Shown here: positions 20,939-30,857 of the stretch, piece after piece
How positions within the stretch are numbered: the stretch's first letter is position 1
Layout: each line of letters begins with the position of its first letter
Program-made: the position numbers and the translations under genes
Source of the DNA: Methanobacteriota archaeon
Lineage (GTDB): Archaea > Halobacteriota > Bog-38 > Methanoflorentales > Methanoflorentaceae
NCBI GenBank assembly: GCA_963719035.1
Contig: CAVRAO010000012.1
Span: forward strand, 32,001 to 96,000
Direction of reading: 5' to 3'
DNA length: 64,000 nucleotides
The notes under the pieces: generated by a model
Told to the model about the DNA's origin: nothing
Databases searched by the model: none
The model's input: only the letters and a program-made list of their open reading frames with translations

Positions 20939-21801
20939 CTACCAGCTTTCGGCTGTTGCATCTGCGGGCTGCGGCTTAGTCCCTACCACTTTTATGCTCC
21001 GCACCGCATCCGCGACGTCACGTAGCTCCTCAGAGGTGAGCACCACACGTTGTTCGATCGCTTGTGCAGACGGGTCATTCGCCATACACTCAAGCGAAAA
21101 GGGCGTCTCATCATCGACCCGCGCACCCTCAAATCCGGCATCACGAATGGCCTGCAGATAGGCGTCTTTTAAGATCGCCCCAGATAAACATCCAACATAC
21201 GCGTCAATCGACTGTTGCACGGCATCAGGCAGTTCCTTGAGTACGACGATATCGGAAACGGCAATGCGGCCGCCAGGCTTGATACCCTGAATGCTTCGCT
21301 AAAGACGGCCCCTTTATCGGGGGTCAGATTGATCACGCAGTTAGAGATCACAACATCAACAGAGTTGTCTGCAGCAGGCAGATGCTCAAGCTCCCCGAGC
21401 CTAAACTCGACGTTTTCGTAGCCACCAGAGCGCGCGTTCGCCCTCGCCTTGTCGATCATAGCGGGCGTCATGTCAACGCCGATAACCCTTCCCCCTTCGC
21501 CTACAATGTTGGCAGCGAGGAAACAGTCAAACCCAGCGCCCGACCCTAAGTCGAGCACGGTCTCGCCTTCTTTGAGTGTGGCTAACGCAGTTGGATTTCC
21601 ACAACCAAGGCCAAGATTTGCCCCATCAGGGACCGAGCGTAGCTCTTCATCCCCGTACCCAACGGCCTTGCTAAGCTCGTAAGCTCGATCGGCGCTGCCA
21701 CAGCAGCCGCCTACTGGGATAAGCGTCAGGGGGTCGCGTTCACGCTTCGCAACCTTTGCATATGCGTCTCTCACGACGCGTTTAACCTTGTCTTCTTCCA
21801 T
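20939..21801 (-). CDS. arsM: Arsenite methyltransferase, second copy, frameshift near 21283
   Basis: Two ORFs join into a full paralog of 6690-7517 ([36 protein letters not shown]) if one base is restored. Confidence 0.88.
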
Positions 21802-21819
21802 GTTACATACTCCTCCTTT

Positions 21820-22083
21820 TTAGTGTAAGCCCATAAAGATGGGGCCGAGCACGTCTTTTACCGTTCCTGAGAGCGCATCAGCTTTGATAAGCGAGATGCA
21901 ACAGACCGATCCGTCACGCTCGTGGCCCACCAGAGCTAGCTTATCTCCTGCGTGGATACCAGCGCGCTCGCGCAGCTCTTTTGGCAGCACCATCTGTCCG
22001 CGCTCATCAATGCTAATGACTGCTTCGACCTTGCAGGTAGTGCTATCGCTTTCAGGCGTACAACAAACGTCTTTATCAGTCAT
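21820..22083 (-). CDS. AbrB-fold HgcC-like regulator, second copy
   Basis: VCCTP...CKVEAVISIDERGQMVLPKELR...CCISLIK; directly upstream of arsM. Confidence 0.87.
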   Translation of the reverse strand: MTDKDVCCTPESDSTTCKVEAVISIDERGQMVLPKELRERAGIHAGDKLALVGHERDGSVCCISLIKADALSGTVKDVLGPIFMGLH

Positions 22084-22106
22084 GATAATCCTGAACGTAC
22101 TTTGAT

Positions 22107-22151
22107 GTTCAGCCTACTTAAATATTTCTGTAAAATCAGAATAATCGGAAT
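22107..22151 (-). promoter_or_regulatory. Putative AbrB-type operator/promoter, copy 2
   Basis: Minus strand attccgatt attctgatt ttacagaaa tatttaagtaggctgaa, matching 6343-6387. Confidence 0.65.
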
Positions 22152-22355
22152 AATGTGCAGAAATATAGGATTTCGAGAACGATAGTTTATCTAGCGCTCC
22201 GACGAACCTCGTCGCCCAGTGAGCGGTATTGGGTTTTACCAACTGAGCGTATTCCACTAACCCCGCGATTACTCCACTATTTTCAAGTTACATTTCCTAT
22301 GACGATTTCAAAGACGTATCGAATTGAACGACGTAAATCCACAGCTATAAATAAC

Positions 22356-22379
22356 ATCAATATATGCAAATATGAATAT
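22356..22379. promoter_or_regulatory. Putative ArsR operator (24-bp palindrome) downstream of a TATA box
   Basis: ATCA ATATAT GCAA ATATGA ATAT preceded by ccacagcTATAAATA; identical core at 44078. Confidence 0.75.
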
Positions 22380-22462
22380 ATAAGGGCATTATAATGTAGG
22401 GCACATTGTCTGGAGGTAATGGGCTAGCCGATAATTGTTCACATATTTTCGAGGTAATCAGA

Positions 22463-23422
22463 ATGCCACGATCGGCCCAAAGGATGACATTGTTGCTGCT
22501 GTCTATCATTGCTGCATTGTTGCTCGTAAGTTCCACAATAATTAATACGTCGGCAACCACCATCGTCCAACTCCAGCCTAACACGGCTAATTCGGGTGAC
22601 AAGGTGTTAGTGTCAGCCAACATGGCGCGAAATGCAAGTACGGTCACGCTTTCGTATTACGCTGATTTAAACAAGAACGGCAAGGAAGACGACGGCAGCG
22701 CGTCGGTGAAAATAGCGAACGTCACTGATGGACGCGCAAACGATGCTGACAACTCTACCAATGGTTTCATACTTTTCTCGTGGCTAACTCCACAATTCGC
22801 CCCTGGGCAGTACTTCCTCAAAGTTGAAGATCCAAATGGACCGACAAGAACCACTGTTTTGACTGTACAGAATGCTCAGCTCAAGCTGATACCAACGATC
22901 TACGGGCCAAACATCAAGACGGACAAAGGACTGATTAAACCAGGAGACACTTTTTCTGTAAGTACGCAGGTGACTGGTAACTGCCGCCTTTGTCATACGA
23001 CAGATAATCCGACGACGCAAAACCCAGGCGTAGATGAACAAAAGGTCAAAAAGGCGTTTTCTGCCGATTTAAGTCAAATTACAGGGAGTCCAAGCGATAC
23101 TGCCGTTGCTCCCGATTATGTGCATCACCTTTTAATCCAATGGATGCCTCTTGCGAGCAAAACGCTTGCCGATAATAAGACTGTCAGTATCACCGTTACT
23201 GGCACTAATCCTGCTGGCAACTTAACAACACAATCGATAGCGTTCGCCGGCGTAAACAAAGCAGTCAATATACCACCAAAGTCAACAAACGAAGACAATC
23301 AGAGCAATACTGCTTCAGCACAATCAACTGGTTCGACAAGCAGCCCACTGCCTGGATTTGAAGCAGTGTTTGTCGTGTTAGGATTGACTTTTGTAGCTTA
23401 TTTGGTGAATAGAAGGCGATAG
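22463..23422 (+). CDS. Secreted surface protein with a CxxCH motif and PGF-CTERM anchor
   Basis: Signal peptide; CRLCH; C-terminal PGFEAVFVVLGLTFVAYLVNRRR; GAGGT RBS before ATG 22463. Confidence 0.85.
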   Translation: MPRSAQRMTLLLLSIIAALLLVSSTIINTSATTIVQLQPNTANSGDKVLVSANMARNASTVTLSYYADLNKNGKEDDGSASVKIANVTDGRANDADNSTNGFILFSWLTPQFAPGQYFLKVEDPNGPTRTTVLTVQNAQLKLIPTIYGPNIKTDKGLIKPGDTFSVSTQVTGNCRLCHTTDNPTTQNPGVDEQKVKKAFSADLSQITGSPSDTAVAPDYVHHLLIQWMPLASKTLADNKTVSITVTGTNPAGNLTTQSIAFAGVNKAVNIPPKSTNEDNQSNTASAQSTGSTSSPLPGFEAVFVVLGLTFVAYLVNRRR

Positions 23423-23424
23423 TT

Positions 23425-24011
23425 ATGCGAAAACATATTTCCACAGTAATCGTGGTCGGACTACTGCTTGTGGCGATGATCTTCGCTGCAGGGTGTACCT
23501 CCAGCGATAACTCACCTACTCCAAGCGTCCCTTCGGCGACAAGGGATCCAAAGTTCGTTCCAAAAAACATATCAGGATATCGTACCTCTCGGACCGCTCT
23601 GTGGGTATCTCGATACAGTACCCCTCTTCGTGGCAAGCGAAAAATGGTTCAGGCTACGAGATCGTTAGTTTTAACGTGAGTGGATCCCCCAGTATGTCGT
23701 TTACGATTTATACCCAGGACTTTTCAGGGACATCGACAACGCTTAACGACTTCTCGCAGAGTGCGCTGCCAACGAATTTGACTAACTTCAAGCTGCTCAA
23801 CTCCACCAATACCACGCTTTCGGGTTATCCTGCCAAGAAGCACGTATTTACATTCATGACTTTCGATAGTGCGACTGCACAAGGCATGCTTCAGCTCACT
23901 TTGGTTAACAGAACTGGTTATATGTTGCTGTATGTAGCGACGCAGGACGTTTACCCGAATTACCTGGGAATTGTGCAAAACATGACGCAGTCGTTTAACG
24001 CAGTCAAGTGA
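23425..24011 (+). CDS. PsbP/Mog1p-like lipoprotein, frameshift near 23588
   Basis: Lipobox AAGC in first ORF; ISIQYPSSW, TTLSGYPA, YMLLY...MTQSF in second; similar to 46709-47332. Confidence 0.75.
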
Positions 24012-24133
24012 CTAGGCCAAGGCACCAATCCCAACACTGTTTCCAAATCCGGCGGTTGACTTTTCGCAGTCTCTGCGCTATCTGGAAAAAAAACAGAAAA
24101 ACTACATTTATTCAGGAAAGAGAGGGATAACAA

Positions 24134-24664
24134 ATGTTCCTCAGTGACTATACCGTAAGGTTAGTTCTCTCAGACTGCAATCCTTCATCTCAAAAGGTGA
24201 ACGCCCTCGTGGATCTATCTGAGGACATTAGCGAGGTACTTCCCTATCTCAACACCGTTCTGAAAGGATTGCAGTATGATCAGGATGAGAAGTTCTTAAC
24301 CGTGAGGAAAGAAGGGCGCTTGATTACCTTCAGGTCAAAACAGATAGCAGTCGCTAAACTAGAGGATGAAAATGAAGCAAGGTCGGTCATGGAAGAATTG
24401 AAAGAGATTGTGAATGCGACTTACGCGAATAGAGATCATATCAAACCGACCTATAGTTCTAGACCGGCCCCCCGGCCTCTTGAGATCTTTAAACTCATGC
24501 CGGGAAATAACTGTAAAGAATGTGGGGAGCCAACCTGCATGACCTTCGCTTTAAAACTGGGTAATGACGAAGTGAAACTAAGCCAGTGTCCGTTGCTCTT
24601 CAAAAAAGAATTTGAAGTAAACCGTTCTATACTAAACGAGATCTTGCCCGACTTGGAAATATGA
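24134..24664 (+). CDS. Fe-S binding protein with CdhE/AcsC-type 4Fe-4S domain (COG4871-like)
   Basis: DISEVLPYLN N-domain; C-terminal PGNNCKECGEPTCMTFA...CPLL. Confidence 0.85.
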   Translation: MFLSDYTVRLVLSDCNPSSQKVNALVDLSEDISEVLPYLNTVLKGLQYDQDEKFLTVRKEGRLITFRSKQIAVAKLEDENEARSVMEELKEIVNATYANRDHIKPTYSSRPAPRPLEIFKLMPGNNCKECGEPTCMTFALKLGNDEVKLSQCPLLFKKEFEVNRSILNEILPDLEI

Positions 24665-24840
24665 CGTGGAAAAGAAGGAGCCTTTGTACAAAAGAAAAAC
24701 AATAAAATTAGCTTTTTGTACCTTCGGACGATGCTGTTTCTTATCGGATCTTTATAACCTCAAATAGGCTGTCGATCGCAGTGGCATCTTTTCACTCTTT
24801 TCTATAGCGCAAGACAACCCAGCCTCCGATCGGTGGCCCT

Positions 24841-25638
24841 CTAAATCTCCTTCCCCTTGTTCACCGCGCGTAACGTACCTCGTCGGCCCCACGTTACCTC
24901 GAAACCTCGCGCTGTCAACACGTCTGCAATTTTTGCACCATCTCGGGCATACTTGACGACGATGGCTCCGATCCGATCAAAAACGTTTTGCGGGGTATGC
25001 GTAAGGATGTCGAGTTCAGCGCCTTCACAATGCATTTTAAGAAAATCGATGCGGTCGAGCCCATTGGAACTGAAGACATCCGCGAGCGTGACAGATTCGA
25101 CGTCAATGGCGCTGACAAAACCCCGGCCGTTCGACGGATAGAACGTGTGTCCGTAACTCTTTTTCTCAGAAATCCACAGCCTCTTAATGCCGCGTGAATC
25201 ACTGACCGCTTGCCTGAGCGCTTTGACGTTGTTTAGCCCGTTAAGAGCTATGTTTTTCTGCAAAAGCCCAAAATTGCGAGGATCCGGTTCGTAACAGATT
25301 ACAGTGTCGCTTGACGTGGTCGCTTGTACGGTAAATACTCCTATGTGTGCCCCGATATCAACCACCGTTCCGTACACGGGCCATTGTGAGTATAGGTCGT
25401 TGCGAAGGATCTCGTTAAGGATTGACAAATCCCCCATTTTAGGACGGAGAACGTATTTTAAGCCATTTCGCGTGGTTATCAGTGTCCCACCGTCCATCGG
25501 TGCAGATGGAAAGAAACGGATGAATAGTGGTACGTACCAGTTTCTTACGAGTACGACTATTCCAATGAACGCGTTTATAAGCGCAGCTATTCCCTTGACG
25601 TAAGAGAACAAGCGTTTGACCGCCCCCACTAGCACCAC
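24841..25638 (-). CDS. FkbM family methyltransferase
   Basis: VVDIGAHIGVFT, YEPDPRN, IDFLKMHCEGAE. Confidence 0.9.
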   Translation of the reverse strand: MVLVGAVKRLFSYVKGIAALINAFIGIVVLVRNWYVPLFIRFFPSAPMDGGTLITTRNGLKYVLRPKMGDLSILNEILRNDLYSQWPVYGTVVDIGAHIGVFTVQATTSSDTVICYEPDPRNFGLLQKNIALNGLNNVKALRQAVSDSRGIKRLWISEKKSYGHTFYPSNGRGFVSAIDVESVTLADVFSSNGLDRIDFLKMHCEGAELDILTHTPQNVFDRIGAIVVKYARDGAKIADVLTARGFEVTWGRRGTLRAVNKGKEI

Positions 25639-25818
25639 CTCAATTGTGCAGACACACGATTAAACTCTCTCAAAACTAAATGCCGCAGCATTATCTTTCG
25701 GTTATTTTTTCGCGGTCATTTTGTCACCTATTGGGCGCGAAAGTTAGGGTCGGATCGTTAGTATATTAGATGGCATTTTCCAAAAATCCTCAAAAATCTA
25801 AGAGGCACGTCTGAATAT

Positions 25819-26442
25819 TCATATTACCGACTGCTTCCCTCTTAGTTTATCCAAAGCGATTAAGGCCGCCGTTTGAACAGGCAGTATGGTGTCGCTCTGC
25901 AACTCTTTTAACGGCTCCACTGCGCGTAAATCGCCAAGCTCTCCAAGTGACGTGGCCGCTGCTATTCGGACATCATAAACAGGATCACGCAATGCATCGA
26001 TGAGCGGGGGAACCCCTCTAATGTCGGACAACTTGCCAAGAGCTTCAACCGCCGCTCTTCGAACCTCCCATTCATCATCTGAGAGCACCTCGATGAGGGA
26101 TGGCACAGCCTGTCGTTCTCCGACCTTACCAAGGGCAACCGCAGCTATCGTGCGGATTTCTTCGTTTTTATTTCCAAGAACGTGTATGAGTGTGTTGACT
26201 GCTTTTTGATCGGCTATCTCGCCAAGCGCTTCTGCCGCTTTGACTCGGACAAACTCTCGTTCATCCCCCAGCGCTTTTGTAAGTGCTGGTACTGCTCGTT
26301 GCGCTCGAGCAACACCTAAAGCCCTTGCAGAAGCGGCACGCACGCGGTAATCGCGTTTGTATTGGAGGGCTCTTATAAGCCCAGCACTGTCTCCGTTTGC
26401 AGCTAGTTTTGCTATATTTGGTTTGAATAATGCTAGGACCAT
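25819..26442 (-). CDS. HEAT/PBS-lyase repeat protein
   Basis: Repeated VR..AA.ALG..GD..AV..LI..L units. Confidence 0.9.
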   Translation of the reverse strand: MVLALFKPNIAKLAANGDSAGLIRALQYKRDYRVRAASARALGVARAQRAVPALTKALGDEREFVRVKAAEALGEIADQKAVNTLIHVLGNKNEEIRTIAAVALGKVGERQAVPSLIEVLSDDEWEVRRAAVEALGKLSDIRGVPPLIDALRDPVYDVRIAAATSLGELGDLRAVEPLKELQSDTILPVQTAALIALDKLRGKQSVI

Positions 26443-26570
26443 TTTTTTTCTCAGGAACGATCCGATACGAGCCGATCGTCGAAGCGTGACAAATAATGAG
26501 GACTATAACGTCAGACGACACAATTGAAACCCGCAATATCAACGTGTCAAGAGGCTGTCAAGTCGCTCTA

Positions 26571-27941
26571 TTATCCTCTTCTCATAAGCATGTAAGTGGC
26601 TCCGGCGATCACTATTGGTACGCCGAGTCCTAACAACGAAAACTCTAGTATGGGCTGTGGTGGTGAGCTCGAAACGCTATCAGTTTGAGCTGCTCGGAAA
26701 GATAGCTCCAGCACTGAGTCGTTCCCTAGGGCATCTGACGCACTGGTTGTGCCGATTACCTGCTTAGAGGCTGTCACTTGAGTGGGCGTCGAAGTAGCCT
26801 TACTAATGGGGGCGATTTTTGTCGGTTGCGGCACTGCCTTCACCGTTGGCACTGCCTTCACCGTTGGCACTGCCTTCACCGTTGGCACTGCCTTCACCGT
26901 TGGCACTGCCTTCACCGTTGGCACTGCCTTCACCGTTGCCGTCGCCGTAGGGGTTGCCGTTGCCTTCACTGTGCTCACTGCCTTCACTGTGCTCACTGCC
27001 TTCACCGTTGGCACTGCCTTCACCGTTACCGTCGCTTTAGGCGTTACCGTCGCTTTAGGTGTCGGCGTTACTGCCTTCGATGCTGACGTTCCAGAAGACG
27101 CTGCTGTTGTGGCAGGATACGTCTTTTGCAGCTCGTTGACGATCTGCTCAAATCCCAGTTGTTTGTATAAAGCTAGGCCGTTGGAATTTATGCTGCACCA
27201 CACGTGAAAATGAGTGAAACCGACCCCATTAGAATAGGACCAGTCGAGCATTGACTTGTAACTCGGTGATCCCCCATTCTTCGAGTTGGTTAGTATCGGG
27301 TTGTGATCGACCCCTTTAGAACTCCCCCACACCCCGGCAAGGATTCCGTTCGTCTTACCTAACGCGGCTGATTCCTTTGCTCCCTGCTGGATGTACTGCC
27401 ACTCTGACGGATAAAAGCTCTCCCAGCTGTTCATCACCGTGCCTGACTGGAGGTGCATGTTCTTCCATAAGCCGCACTGGTCACAGTTGTAGTTAACGTA
27501 GCCCTTGAAGTACCGCGCGAGATAGTTGGCGTCACCTTCACGACCGCCTTCGGACGCGACGTATTCCCATCCCGCAGCTTTGAGTGATTGGAAATATGAG
27601 GCAAAGTTTTCGATTGGAACGCTCTTCTTCTTGCCCGCGTCCCAAATGGGGATTTCGATATCAATAATCCCCTTCATACCGAGCGATTTGATCTTTGCGA
27701 GCTCTTCCTTGTACGGCTTCTGATCACGAACGACAAGATGGACCGTGGAGAACCCGTGCGCTTTAAAGTAGTCAAGCGAGCCATCCCATATCATCGCTTG
27801 GCCACAGCCAACATGATATTCAATCGGGCGGGTTGCCGCAGCCGGTTTGGGCGCGACAGGGGCCGCTGTTGTCGGCGTCATTACAGCTGAAAAGATAAAT
27901 AACGAAAGAATGCTGCAAGTTGCTAGGGTCTTCTTTTTCAT
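26571..27941 (-). CDS. Surface protein: signal peptide, glycoside-hydrolase-like catalytic domain, KAVPTV repeat stalk, PEF-CTERM-like tail
   Basis: Aromatic-rich N-domain (SEGG, SWE), repeat linker, PILEFSLLGLGVPIVIAGATYMLMRRG; hydrolase function is inference. Confidence 0.75.
   Translation of the reverse strand: MKKKTLATCSILSLFIFSAVMTPTTAAPVAPKPAAATRPIEYHVGCGQAMIWDGSLDYFKAHGFSTVHLVVRDQKPYKEELAKIKSLGMKGIIDIEIPIWDAGKKKSVPIENFASYFQSLKAAGWEYVASEGGREGDANYLARYFKGYVNYNCDQCGLWKNMHLQSGTVMNSWESFYPSEWQYIQQGAKESAALGKTNGILAGVWGSSKGVDHNPILTNSKNGGSPSYKSMLDWSYSNGVGFTHFHVWCSINSNGLALYKQLGFEQIVNELQKTYPATTAASSGTSASKAVTPTPKATVTPKATVTVKAVPTVKAVSTVKAVSTVKATATPTATATVKAVPTVKAVPTVKAVPTVKAVPTVKAVPTVKAVPQPTKIAPISKATSTPTQVTASKQVIGTTSASDALGNDSVLELSFRAAQTDSVSSSPPQPILEFSLLGLGVPIVIAGATYMLMRRG
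26830..27076 (-). repeat. 18-bp tandem repeats encoding KAVPTV/KAVSTV
   Basis: ggcactgccttcaccgtt repeated perfectly six times at 26830-26937, with further degenerate copies. Confidence 0.92.
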
Positions 27942-28125
27942 TGCCTTTCAAGCCTCCGTTTGCTGTTTTGTTAGCTAAGCGTTCTTCCTATATTTTGGAT
28001 CGTGCAAAAGAAAACACGGTACGCTAATCAAAACATATGAAAACATAAAAATGTATCGATGTATAGGTATAGTACTAAAAGTCCTTCAGGAGTCGGCATT
28101 AAACATGCTTTTGTCGCGCTGCACT

Positions 28126-29391
28126 TCACTCATCTCGTCGCGGGGCCCATTTAAGAATGACGGTTATGGCTACGATTATGCCGACGATTATTACCAACGC
28201 CGGAATAGCCAGAGCACCAACTCCTCCAGCTAACGCGGATACGCTCTGCTCTGAGGCACTTACGTTCTCATTCCCTCGTCCGACACCCGATCCCGTTGCA
28301 GATGCAAGCTGAACTTTTTCGTATTGCCCTATAGGATGAACAAGCGGGTATCCGTCCCCTGTGGCTGAAGGGGTATCACCGATGCCGTTTCCGTCGCTAT
28401 CCACTCCTTTGTAGTCGGAGTAGTAATTGCCCACGTAGCTCGAATAGGTGCCGCCACTGTACGTATACGTGTACTTCTCGGTCGAGTTCACTAAGTTTCC
28501 TTTTGGGCTTGCAATTGCAACGGGGTTATTAATGAAGTCGTTAAGGTAGAATCGATTTCCCGACGAATAGCCACTATAAACAGCGAGTTTAGCGTTGCCT
28601 GAGAATGTATTAAAAGTAAAAGTGTTGTTATTTGAGTTATCACGGAGGCGAACGGCAAACTCCTCATTTGCATTAATGCTGTTGTTGCTTAGCACGTTAT
28701 TGGACGAGCTGAGCAAGGAGATACCGTAAACGTGGTTGTTGCTGAGGACGTTTTGCACTATGGCATTTGAATTTGACTCACGCATATAAATCCCGTCACC
28801 CAGCGCGTTGCCGTTCCCGCTTTCATGCGTGGCGACGTTGCCGGAAAAGGTATTCCCCGACGACCCATCGAGGTAAATGCCGTAGCCATTATTAGAGAGG
28901 TTGCTGGCGCTCACTTTGTTGTTGGCGGCATGCTCGATGAGCACTGCGTAGACGTTATCGTGCGCAATTATATCGGTCACACTGGACTGTGATGCACCCG
29001 AAAACTCCACGCCAGCGCGTCCGCCTGTAAGCGTGAGCCCTTCTACCAGTATGCCGCTTCCTGAGAGCAAAAATACGTCGTTTGATGGCACCGCCGCATT
29101 CACAATCGTTGTTGCCGCCCCAGCCGATGATTTAATGGTGAGTGATTTGTTTACAACTACGTTCTCGCTATACGTTCCCGGCGGAATGAGGACGGTGTCG
29201 CCTGGCTGAGCTGCATTTACTGCCGCTTGGATCGTGGTATACTGCCCCGTCCCAACGGTAAGCTCATTTGCACTTGCTTGTGTAACGAGCCCAAGGAAAA
29301 GCGAGAAAAGGAGAATGCTGGCAAGCACCCACGGGCGCGCACTCTTTTTTACGGCTGCGCGTTGCTGCGTTGAGGTGAACGTTAATTGCAT
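28126..29391 (-). CDS. Parallel beta-helix (NosD/pectin-lyase-like) surface protein with C-terminal TM anchor
   Basis: YTTIQAAVNAAQPGDTV..PGTYSENV, SNN repeats, GNYYSDY...DGNGIGDTP. Confidence 0.88.
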   Translation of the reverse strand: MQLTFTSTQQRAAVKKSARPWVLASILLFSLFLGLVTQASANELTVGTGQYTTIQAAVNAAQPGDTVLIPPGTYSENVVVNKSLTIKSSAGAATTIVNAAVPSNDVFLLSGSGILVEGLTLTGGRAGVEFSGASQSSVTDIIAHDNVYAVLIEHAANNKVSASNLSNNGYGIYLDGSSGNTFSGNVATHESGNGNALGDGIYMRESNSNAIVQNVLSNNHVYGISLLSSSNNVLSNNSINANEEFAVRLRDNSNNNTFTFNTFSGNAKLAVYSGYSSGNRFYLNDFINNPVAIASPKGNLVNSTEKYTYTYSGGTYSSYVGNYYSDYKGVDSDGNGIGDTPSATGDGYPLVHPIGQYEKVQLASATGSGVGRGNENVSASEQSVSALAGGVGALAIPALVIIVGIIVAITVILKWAPRRDE

Positions 29392-29423
29392 TAACGGGGG
29401 AACCTCGCTACTTGATGGATAAG

Positions 29424-29447
29424 ATCAATATATAAAAATTTATTCAT
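29424..29447. promoter_or_regulatory. Putative ArsR operator (variant)
   Basis: ATCA ATATAT AAAA ATTTAT TCAT, about 30 bp upstream of the 29391 start. Confidence 0.55.
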
Positions 29448-29666
29448 ATGAATAGTCCTGCGGCATCGCAGCCTTTCTTGTACCTGATCTTATATGTAAT
29501 CATAACTACATATGAACAACCATAGATATATATGTAGGAGGTATTACTGCGTACCAAGCTGAACTCGGTGTGAAGCATGCCACGTACATCATATCGCTGC
29601 GCTGAAGCGCAGAATATAATGCATAGTACGGATACGAGCGGACCACGTGTCACAAGAGGGTACATA

Positions 29667-30857
29667 ATGGGCAATGCAAAGACGCCACCAGAACGTTCAC
29701 AACGTCTACTAGAACTTGACATACTTCGAGCATTTGCCATTTGCTTGATCGTGTTCTCTCATTTTCCGCCCCTCTCTACTATCTATATCGATTTATCAGC
29801 CCGGCTATGGTGTGCCACCTTTGGCTTGGCGCTTTTCCTGTTTCTCTCGGGGTTCAGTTTACACCGCAGCAACAGCATCACGAGCGCTGCCGATGTGCTA
29901 CCATTTTACAAAAAGCGCATCATAAGGATCTATCCACTCTACGTGCTGATCATTGCGGTTTATGTGCTGCTCCAAGTCTTGCCGCTTGGTACCCCATTCC
30001 TCGAGACCACGCTGACTTCTGGAGAAATCGCCGTGAACGTGATCGGGTTGCAGGCGCTCTTGAATACTCCCTCATACAATGCGCTCTGGTTTATTGGGTT
30101 AATTCTGACCTTTTACATGATCTACCCGGTAATGATGCTCGCATCCTCAGAAAAAGCCGTCAGGATTGTCATCTTTTCGTGCGCGGCGCTTGCGCTCTTT
30201 GCGTTCTTGAGAATAGCATTTGATATCGTCAACCTTCGCCTGATCTATTATTACGTTATATTTGTCGGCGGGATCCTTGCGAGTAAAGCGCTTTTGACCC
30301 ATGCACACCGATCACACTTCTCGACTCGGCGCAGCCGCATTGTATATATCGTTGGCGCGCTTTCCCTCTTGGGCATTGCGATGGCGTTTTATCAACAAAA
30401 CCTCGGAGAAACAGGGGAGCTTGTAAGCTTTTATGCCAATATGGCTAATTACGTGCCAAAGGCGCTGATCTCGTTTCTCTTTATTTCGTGCGCCCTTTGT
30501 GCTGCTCGGGTCGTGACTATGACGTTTAACAAGCGCTACTACGCCCTCTCACTCTTCATCTCGCTTCTCTCGTACAGCATCTACCTAGTTCATCCCTTGG
30601 TTCTCACCGCGTGCACACGAGCACAGCTCGTTGCTCCGCAACTGAGAGGAGCACAAACTGATGCGATACTCATTTTTATTGGCATCCCGGCGATAGTGTT
30701 AGCTTCATACGTCCTCCAGAAAGGCGTAAATATGCTCACTCTGAGCTTGTGGGTACGAAGAGTGAGTGAACACCTCCACGTGCGTGTACAAAAATCAGTG
30801 AACACTACAACAATCCTGAGACGTGAGCTTAGTATGAAAAAGGTGGATTCGAGATGA
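29667..30857 (+). CDS. Acyltransferase family 3 (OafA-like) membrane protein
   Basis: LDILRAFAI..IVFSH, FLFLSGF, FYKKRIIRIYPLY, LWFI, SYSIYLVH motifs. Confidence 0.88.
   Translation: MGNAKTPPERSQRLLELDILRAFAICLIVFSHFPPLSTIYIDLSARLWCATFGLALFLFLSGFSLHRSNSITSAADVLPFYKKRIIRIYPLYVLIIAVYVLLQVLPLGTPFLETTLTSGEIAVNVIGLQALLNTPSYNALWFIGLILTFYMIYPVMMLASSEKAVRIVIFSCAALALFAFLRIAFDIVNLRLIYYYVIFVGGILASKALLTHAHRSHFSTRRSRIVYIVGALSLLGIAMAFYQQNLGETGELVSFYANMANYVPKALISFLFISCALCAARVVTMTFNKRYYALSLFISLLSYSIYLVHPLVLTACTRAQLVAPQLRGAQTDAILIFIGIPAIVLASYVLQKGVNMLTLSLWVRRVSEHLHVRVQKSVNTTTILRRELSMKKVDSR

Noticed and set aside
6400-24664. hgcAB mercury-methylation genes, suggested by the HgcC-like regulators
   Set aside because: No ORF with the HgcA cap-helix motif N(V/I)WCAAGK and no HgcB ferredoxin was seen in this window.
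26830-27076. Tandem repeats as a CRISPR array
   Set aside because: The 18-bp units are contiguous without spacers and in frame within a CDS; no cas genes are present.
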